NCBI RefSeq assembly: GCF_964355755.1 | Contig: NC_092672.1 | Location: 4,030,001 to 4,094,000 of the forward strand | Direction: 5' to 3' | Source: Antedon mediterranea | Lineage: Eukaryota; Animalia; Echinodermata | DNA length: 64,000 bases | Part shown: positions 1 through 9,400 of the stretch, one piece after another | Layout of the letters: every line of letters starts with the position of its first letter | How positions within the stretch are numbered: position 1 is the stretch's first letter | The notes under the pieces: generated by a model | What the model was told of the DNA's origin: nothing | Database searches by the model: none | What the model saw: only the letters and a program-made list of their open reading frames with translations | Position numbers and translations under genes: made by a program

Positions 1-264
1 TAGCTTACATTAACTATTAACTACATACTGTATTAACTACGAATTCAGCATTTTATTAATCAATCTAAAAAACTGTCTACCTGTTGAACAATAAACAATT
101 TTGGATGATATTATTTAAAGATAGCAAAATGATTCACTTACCCTTATTAGAGATAATAATAGATATACAATTACCCACCCATATACATAAGTGTCCCACA
201 GACACTGGACGTTCTGCCACCTTGCTTCAGCCATTTTGAAAGTCCAAAATCGGACAGAAGTATA

Positions 265-1721
265 TACGAAAGCCCATTAATGCCATTTTAAGTATATGTT
301 TTTCGAACGTAATCCGTTCTAACGAATTAGTAATTCGTTTGAACGGATTAATAATCTGTTCAAACGAATTAGTAATCCGTTCAAACGAATTGCAACATAT
401 ACAACAAGTGCCATTTAAAGTATATGTTGTAATTCGTTTAAACGGATTACTAATCCGTTCAAACGAATTACTAATTTGTTTAAACGGATTACTAATTTGT
501 TCAAACGAATTATTAATTCGTTCAAACGAATTACTAATTTGTTTAAACGGATTACTAATTTGTTTAAACGAATTAATAATTTGTTTAAACGGATTACTAA
601 TTCGTTCAAACGAATTAGTAATCCGTTTAAACAAATTAATAATTTGTTTAAACAAATTAATAATTTGTTTAAACGGATTACTAATCTGTTTGAACGAATT
701 AGTAATTCGTTTGAACGAATTAATAATCTGTTTAAACAAATTAGTAATTTGTTTAAACAAATTAATAATTTGTTTAAACGGATTACTAATTCGTTTAAAC
801 GAATTAGTAATTCGTTTAAACAGATTAGTAATCCGTTTAAACAAATTACTAATCCGTTTGGACGGATTCCTAATTCGTTTGAACAGATTATTAATCTGTT
901 TAAACAAATTAGTAATTCGTTTGAACGGATTAGTAATCTGTTCAAACGAATTAGTAATCCGTTCAAACCAATTGCAACATATACAACAAGTGCCATTTAA
1001 AGAATATGTTGTAATTCGTTTGAACGGATTACTAATCTGTTCAAACGAATTACTAATTTGTTTAAACAGATTAATAATCTGTTAAAACGAATTAGGAATC
1101 CGTTCAAACGGATTAGTAATTTGTTTAAACGGATTACTAATTTGTTCAAACGAATTACTAATTCGTTCTAACGAATTAGTAATCCGTTTGAACAAATTAT
1201 TAATTTGTTTAAACAAATTAATAATTTGTTTAAACGGATTACTAATTCGTTCAAACGAATTACTAATTTGTTCAAACAGATTAATAATCCGTTTAAACAA
1301 ATTATTAATTTGTTTAAACAAATTACTAATTCGTTTAAACGGATTACTAATTCGTTTGAACGAATTAGTAATTCGTTTGAACGGATTACTAATCCGTTTA
1401 AACAAATTAGTAATTCATTTGAACGAATTAGTAATCCGTTTAAACAAATTAGTAATTCGTTTGAACGGATTAGTAATCCGTTTGAACAAATTAGTAATCC
1501 GTTTAAACAAATTAGTAATTTGTTTGAACGGATTAGTAATCCGTTCAAACGAATTACAACATATACTTTGAATGGCACTTGTTGTATATGTTGCAATTCG
1601 TTTGAACGGATTACTAATTCGTTTGAACAGATTATTAATCCGTTCAAACGAATTACTAATTCGTTATAACGGATTACGTTCGAAAAACATATACTTAAAA
1701 TGGCATTAATGGGCTTTCGTA
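265..1721. mobile_element. Non-autonomous foldback DNA transposon with TAC..GTA termini and a 6-bp TSD (IS3EU-like)
   Basis: TSD AGTATA at 259-264 and 1722-1727; empty site seen at about 55915-55930. Long TIRs (over 200 bp) begin TACGAAAGCCCATTAATGCC. The interior is an array of ~21-bp quasi-palindromes (GTAATCCGTTTAAACGGATTAC type). Confidence 0.9.
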
Positions 1722-2066
1722 AGTATATGACCGCCCTCATAAAGTAAAATATTCTCCATCTGAAAAGAAAAAATGAGTGTTTTTAAATCTTTCAGCCAAG
1801 CCAATTTAAACTCCCTGCCTGTAATTTGCTTCCAGAATCCAGAATTTGAATATGATCACTTTCAACAATCTGCATCTGCTACGAAAATAGAAATAATCAT
1901 AGCAGAAGATGTTTAATAATTAGTTCTTTTATAATAATATATTAATATGCATATATACACACAACAGGCAAAGAACATTAATTCTAAACCGCCCGGTGGT
2001 ATACTGAAATTAAATCAATTAATTTGAAACGATAAGACGAGGAAATCTGTGAGAATGAGAAAAAGT

Positions 2067-2138
2067 CGCCCCAACCGAGACTCGAACCCGGACCTTCTGC
2101 TTGATATGCAGCTGTCCTAACCATTAGACCACTGGGGC
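2067..2138 (-). ncRNA. tRNA-like sequence (pseudo-tRNA or SINE head) inside a ~280-bp intronic insertion
   Basis: GCCCCAG/TTGGGGC acceptor stem, A box TGGTCTAATGG, B box GGTTCGAGTC and a downstream T-run. The anticodon arm is abnormal (loop ATATCAA). The insertion (about 1957-2232) is absent from units A and C. Confidence 0.6.
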
Positions 2139-3439
2139 TTTCATGGTATTGATACTAACTATACTCACTAAATTGATTGAAAAAGTGTAAAAATACATTG
2201 TTCAAACTCGATTTGACTCTTAACATATTATGTATATATATTCATAATAAAAACTATTATTATATATAATATTTTACATTTTACATTTTTTTGAATACAT
2301 ACCTTTAAATCTCTATATATAATTCCTGCCCTATGTAAAAATGCCAAAGCCATCGCTATCTCTGCGATGTACAATCGCGTCGCAATCTCACTGAAAGCGC
2401 CCTCTAACAACCATAGACTATGAAGATCTCCATGAGTGGCATAATCCATTACTTTAAATCAGAACAAACAAAATAAATTATATTATTTGGAATATTTTTG
2501 TATTTTCAAATTGATTTCCCTAATATTTTTTTTGCATTTATTGAAAAAAAAAATATTTATTACCGTAGTATGTCCTTATCCGAGAAGACCACTAGGATTA
2601 TGGCTGTGGAGTGCCTTGAACATGTGCCGATTTTATGGCTATGGTTGGCAGCGCCTCTGCCTTAAACCGCTTGATCACTCAGCTGATGGAACTCTCACAT
2701 ATATATAACTATATCTTTATTTGTGTAAATAAAACACATGTTAAACATAAATATATACATCATCATCTTAAATCCTGATATCTTAATCTGTCATCACACA
2801 GCTTCCAAATTATATATAGATATCGATATCAATACATATCTGAATTCAACAACAGTTTGTCTAGGTATGCAACTCACATAACAGCATCAACATTGGAGAA
2901 ATGTATGTAACTGATTAAGAATTAACCATTAAGTTTCCATTACAAAAAGGCAAATTGTCCAACAAGAGCTAAATGTTAATATGAATGTATGATATAGATA
3001 TAGAAATAAGAAAAAACTAAAGTATATTTAATATTTATTTTATTTGTAGCTTTGTGGATCTACAGTTTAAAAAAACATGATACAAAAAGAGACTATTTAG
3101 ATGAGGGTGCCTTAATTGAATTGTGGAACAGGAACGTCAGCACATTCCTGTTAAATTAGAAAAAAAAACAGTAAACAACAATTTGATATTACATTCACCA
3201 ATTACTGTTTAAAGCTCTGTCTACATTATCAAACATTATGTGACAAAAATATGTGATGTGCTCAAATATGGTAGTGATATGACATCATCATGTCCATATG
3301 GGCACATCACATGTCTTTGTCAAAAGTTTGATAGTATAGACAAGTCTTTACTCCACCAAGCAGTCTATGGTTGACAAGTATGAACAGAAGTTAAAATAAT
3401 ATCTGTTGCTTAAGTAACTATTATTTTACATATACCAAT

Positions 3440-3612
3440 CAGGGGAAGATTTAGGCAGGGCTAAACAGGCTTTATCCCCACTTCCCCTAAAATTTAACAG
3501 CCATATCTTTTTTAAAAATAAAATTATTCTGCAACCTGACGGATCGTTTTATCATTTATGAAATATTTAGCGCCCCCCTCCACCCTAATCTATAACGCTG
3601 GATCCACCCCTG
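3440..3612. mobile_element. Old hAT-like MITE (CAGGGG..CCCCTG); copies near 28323 and 42177
   Basis: Short imperfect TIRs around a GC-richer island; the TSD is degenerate. Confidence 0.5.
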
Positions 3613-4616
3613 CTAATCAATATAGGCCTACCATTTACCTAAATTCATTCATGTTCGACATTTTAATCAATTTTTTAACACTGTATATTTCTTAATGAAC
3701 ATTTACCAAATAAAAATTTAGACAAATCTAAACTGAAATAGGACATACTTTTTAGCAAATAATTTTAAATAGATACATGAAAAAAACAAAAAATATAACC
3801 TCATGGCGGAGGTATAACCGTTATATAAAACAAAAATATTTACATATAAAAAAACAACTTATATAAAATGTATAAACAATTCTGACAATGTTGGTAATTG
3901 TGATGTTGACATATTTGGATGAGCATATTTTTTAGAAAAAATGGTACAATTGCACAAATTAATGTTGAAAATGAGGTAAACTGTCAGCATATGTGGAATA
4001 TATGTTTGTGTACACGCCTTTTTTTTTATAGCAGTACTCAATATGTTTCTAGGTATAATTTTAATAATATTTGAAAAATCTACTCAAATTAAAAATGTCT
4101 ATTTAATATAAGTTTACAGGGTTTTATTATAACCAGTGGTGACCCCAGGAAATGTCCGAGGGAGGGTAATTAACGACGGAGACTTGTGGGAATTTCTCTC
4201 CAAAGTATTAATACCTGTAGTATGATAGTATGCAATGTTTTATCAACCAATGCACTTTATTTGAACATTTACTGTAAATTCTTGCACCTGATTTGCACAA
4301 AAGAAACGTATAAATAATATAAATATAATAATATATATATAAAAAAAACATTTATGAAAACAAAGCTTTTATGGTATTGTACATTTATACATTGACATAT
4401 TTACTATACATGGAAATTGAAATATAAATTAAAGGAATGTTGTTTTGGATAAAAATAAATATTAAAACAGATTGCACGTAGCAAAACTTGGAAAGTTTTA
4501 CAATTAAATAATGTTGACTAATAGTACAATAAATCTAACACCAATTCACTATGTTGTTTGAAGCCAACTACAGTACACCTACTACACCTTTAGGACCCCA
4601 ACAAATGTTCCCTTAA

Positions 4617-5015
4617 AGATGTATTGTCCTCCAAAACATGAAAAATAAAGATTAATTAAATCAGACTTTGAATATGTTATTTTGTAGTTTTAATAAAGTT
4701 AAAGATGTATTGTCCCCCAAAACATGAAAAATGAAGATTAATTAAATCAGACTTTGAATGTGATTTAATAATTCCGTAGAGAAAAACCGGTAAAAACACC
4801 AAATGTTTTCACTTATAAATTGACAAAATAAATGGTTAAAATCAACCAAAAACCCATTGGCTGGCAGCCATTTCAAGCTCTCCTTTTTCTTTTAAATTAC
4901 AGGTAAATACATTTTTTTCGATCCAATTTCTGGTCAAAGTGGAACTATTATGTGACATTAAAATGGCATATTCAACAAAAATCTTGTTGAGAATTTTAAG
5001 GGGGACAATACATCT
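4617..5015. mobile_element. Kolobok-like MITE with TTAA TSD; copies at about 29387-29641, 43341-43654 and 63782 to the window end
   Basis: TIR AGATGTATTGTCC..GGACAATACATCT flanked by TTAA; in this copy the left end is duplicated (about 4617 and 4703). Confidence 0.7.
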
Positions 5016-5545
5016 TTAATAGGTATGTCCAAAAGGAAGGGTTTTTCTGCATATCTTTTTTGTAGCTTGTATTAAAGGTCTGTGTGGATTGAAAATCTAT
5101 ATACAGTATGGTTGGTTATCTAATGGTATAAATGTTGCCTTATAGGTTCAAATCTTACCAGAGACATTTTTTTTTATTTAACAAAATGTTTGAAACTTCT
5201 GTTTGGATTGGAATAGTTTGCCATATCATATAGTAAATGCATCCTCTATCAATAATTGTAAAACCCATCTTGAAACACACTGGAAAACCCACAACCTAAA
5301 GTTTGAACCATATAACCAAGATGTTCAAAGAGGGACTCACAAACCTTAACAGGTTTATAGTCTAAAGGTCAAGGTAAGTTTTGAAGCAAAAACCAACTGA
5401 ATTGGCTCCATGCCTTCAGTCACTTTGGAGGGTTCCAATTGGCGCCAGGCTTTTAGTCTCTGGGGCTGGGTCCTATTAAACAGCACACGCCATACAGCAC
5501 TGTAATAGTATCACTTGTGCCTAACCTTAGACAATAATGCATGTT

Positions 5546-6340
5546 ATATAACACCTAAATAAATTCCTGTCATTTGATTGGACGAATGTGGGTCACATGG
5601 CGTGCAATAGTAAGCACTATTAAACGATCGTTTACGGAAAAAATTTTGTTTGCGTTTGGAAAATATTTTGTTTTTAAAACAAAATATAATATAATATATA
5701 ATATACTATTGCTTTTGAAATACAACAGCGCCACCTATTTTGTACTTTCGCGGCGATTTGAATGTTATGACTGGTTTTTCGCGATGGAAGTAAATTTCTG
5801 GAGAGATATACGTACTAATTTAGATCAAAAAGCCATTTAAAATTAGCTTTAGATCGTTTGTAGGATTTTGATTAATTAATGGGAACATCTCTAAAAGATG
5901 TGAAATCGTTGAAAAAAACATAATTAGCCTAGATGAGTTCCAGTTGCCTGTTGAAGTTTTGCCTTTCAGCCTAGCTAGTAGGCCTGTTAGTACTAGCAAG
6001 GTTAAAACGTCTAGTTTGTTTGGTCGTTTGTTGACATAATTAACACTAAAGTAGGTGTGTTTATAAAATCCATATAAATATAACATTTAATATAATATTA
6101 TAAAACACCAAATGGTACTGTCAATGTGAATCAAATGTAAGCCTAAGCCTACCTTTTATTTGATTCCAATGACAGGATTCTATTTAGATGTTATATAAAA
6201 CAAATAATGAATGCTTTATATTCGTAAATGAATATTTGGTGAATGATGAAAGGTTATATATCAACTGGACTTCGCCTCGTTGTTCACCTCATGCCATTAT
6301 TTGTACCATTAAACTCATAAAAATTCATTTTTTGTAGATT
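5546..6340. repeat. Dispersed repeat with an internal long hairpin (..CTTCGCCTCGTTG.. core); copies near 31249, 44365 and inverted at about 61700-61960
   Basis: Shared start ATAACACCTAAATAAATTCC and palindromic arms TGGTACAAATAATGGCAT..ATGCCATTATTTGTACCA; the family is unclassified. Confidence 0.5.
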
Positions 6341-6488
6341 ATCATTTACAAATAGTGTTGTGTGGTGTTTAGTAGAGGACTAAACAGACTCCCACTCTTT
6401 TTGGAGGGCTAAGGGCACTAGTCAATCCAACATGCTCAATAGTCTCCTGCCTTTGGTCTCTCTGGAGTCAGTCCAAATGTTCACATAG

Positions 6489-9400
6489 CGCCAGTTTGGC
6501 TGTTATGTCACGTACGGCGCTCCATATGAGCCCCCTCGTTGTTGTTGTTTTACATACGAATGTTTACTGTTTGCTTTGTTAATAAAGTTACATTATTGTT
6601 ATACCTCAAGTATCGGTTATTCAGTTGTATTATCTGTGTGAGTATTGTCTATATTATTACCAAGTTGGCGTGGTGGCAGCGTCGGGAGACGAAAATCCTA
6701 CGCAACACATTTTACTGCCCACAAGAATATCGACTTACCGTCTACACAGGAGGCAGACCTAGGCCTAGCCCTATAACTATAGTACTTATACTGCCGTTAT
6801 CGCACATCCACAGGCGAGCAACTGACCGGCGCATACTGCAGTCGCTGTAATTCTCCGTTCGTCAATAGAGGAATAACGTTTCATTCAGTACACTTTGTAT
6901 AAACACCACAACAATGGCTGCATCCAATCGTGCCCCCAAGCAATGGTGCTTAGGTAAAAACGAAACAATAAACACATTTGAGAATTGGCGTCAAAACCTC
7001 ATGTACACGTTAACATTAGACACTAAATTCGCCAATTTCCTGGTGGAAGGTTTCTCGTGGGGCAAGAAAACCAGAGCTTCCCCACTCCGAGGGTTCACTG
7101 ATGACAATGGTTTTGAAGACAACGTAGCTAATGCTTTATCTGCACAACAGAAAGTAACCATGTTGGAACTAATGTTAGGTCAAATTGCTAACTATTGCCC
7201 TGTAATCTCAAGAAACACTATCGTAAAATCATCCACATCACTACCTTGCATCTGGCAATGCATACGATTACATTACGGGTTCCAATCTAGTGGGGCTCAT
7301 TTCTTAGAGTTTGCTAACATTAGTCTGGGCCCAGATGAACGCCCAGAGGATCTATACCAACGTTTGCTAGCTTTCATTGATGACAATCTTCTTCAAGCAG
7401 ACAGTGTTATAACTCACCACAATCAACCTATTACGGAAGACGAAGAACTCACCCCTTCACTTGAAAACCTACTCACACTGACATGGCTACGCTTAGTTCA
7501 CCCTTCACTTCCCCAACTCGTCAAACAGAGGTATGGCACAGAGCTTCGCTCACGTACACTGGCGTCCATCAAGCCTGAAATTTCACAAGCTATGACTTCC
7601 CTATTAGAAGAAATCAAAACTTCCGATGACACAAGAGTCATGCGTTCAGCGATTTTACCGTTTCAAAGACCAGCTTCTCTTCCTTCTCAACCACCGCGTT
7701 CCCGCTACCCACCTAAGACATTCAATACTCAGACATACAATAACAAACCAAATAAATGCTGCCCATTTTGTAAACAAGGTGGACGACCAGACCGCCACTT
7801 TCTCAGTGAGTGCAAGTTCCTTCCGGAACGCGACCGCCGCTACATGGCACGTGCCCGGGCCGCAAACATCTTCGACGATGACGACAGTTACTGCTATGAA
7901 CAGGATTCCACCCATGTCGAGGATCCCAACGACCCACCATCTGGTTCATCCTCAGCTCTTCGAATACAGGTACGTCAGTCGCCATATCTCGAAGCCTTTC
8001 ACGGCTATAATACCGTACATATTACTATAGACAGCGGTGCTACTGGCAACATGATCCGTGAATCAACTGCACGTTTACTTGGCGTTCAGATTAAGCCCAG
8101 TAGTCAATCAGCACACCAAGCCGATGGATCTTCGCAGTTACAGGTTATGGGCGAGACAAACGTCACCTTTACACGTGACAATAAAGACTTGACTTTCAAT
8201 GGCCTCGTCGTTAAGGACCTCGACGTTGAGCTACTCGCTGGTACACCGTTTATGGAACAGAATGATATTTCTATCCGCCCCGCTAAGCGTCAAGTAGTTA
8301 TGGCCGATGGCACAACATACATCTATGGCTCCTTGCCTACCACTTTGTCCGAATGCCACTCGATCAGACGCGCTCATGTTCTCCGTGCTCCCTCAACACG
8401 CACTGTGATATGGCCAGGTAGTTACATTGAACTTTCACTCCCAAATGACCTCACCGACATAGACACTGTTGCTATTGAACCTCGCGTTGATGCACCAATC
8501 TCGAAAACATCTTTGCCATCTCATGTTTGGCCTGAACCACGTATCATATCGTGCGTTGCCGGACGAATTCGCATTCCTAACCTGTCAGACGAACCCAAAG
8601 TGCTTTCACGCAATGAACAGTTTTGCCAAGCTAGCCCTGTGTTTACACCTAACCTACCTGACACTTCATCATCCCCGATTAAACCACCAAAGCTTAGCAC
8701 TACAACAGTTCACACTTGCTTCTCTGATAGCATTAAGCTGGATCCGGATAGCATTCTACCTCGCAACATACTCGAACAATTTACTAGCCTCCACAAGGAG
8801 TATGATGACATTTTCAACCCTTCCTTTAAAGGTTATAATGGTGCTGTAGGCCCGTTTGTTGCCACCGTAAATATGGGACCAGTCCAACCCCCACAACGCA
8901 AAGGTCGCCTTCCTCAGTATGCAAGAGACAAGCTCCTCGAACTACAACACAAGTTCGACGAACTCGAAACACTTGGAGTTTTTGCCCGTCCAGAAGATGT
9001 TGGAGTTGCTGTAGAATATCTCAATCCGTCATTCCTCGTGAAGAAACCCAACGGCGGTTCCAGATTAGTGACATCCTTTGCCGATGTCGGCAGGTACAGC
9101 AAACCACAACCGTCACTCATGCCTGACGTCGACTCCACTCTTCTTAAAATCGGACAGTGGAAATACATTATAACAACGGATCTTACCAACGCTTTCTACC
9201 AAATTCCACTTTCAAAACCGTCTATGAAATATTGCGGAATCGTCACTCCATTTCACGGTGTCAGGGTATATACCCGTTGCGCAATGGGCATGCCGGGGTC
9301 AGAAACCGCATTGGAAGAACTTCTAAGCAGAGTAGTGGGTGATTTTTTAGAAGAAGGTTCAGCTACAAAACTCGCTGATGATCTTTACTGCGGCGGTAAT

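Larger units (their letters stand above)
179..2451 (-). pseudogene. Partial kinase duplicate, unit D (continues past the left edge)
   Basis: Exon 2303-2451 is intact (MDY..RDLK). The DFG exon is split into 1728-1759 and 179-264 by the 265-1721 insertion. Confidence 0.85.

Noticed and set aside
265-1721. CRISPR-like appearance (palindromic repeats with occasional interruptions)
   Set aside because: The units are contiguous, the interruptions are near-identical to each other rather than unique spacers, there are no cas genes, and the context is intron-rich animal DNA.
227-1740. Eight overlapping ORFs on both strands with heptad-like repeats
   Set aside because: They are by-products of a 21-bp palindromic array inside a TIR element, and both strands give the same low-complexity peptides.
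2067-2138. Functional tRNA gene
   Set aside because: The anticodon stem is mismatched, the loop is non-canonical, the anticodon differs between the two copies, and it lies within an insertion present in only two units.
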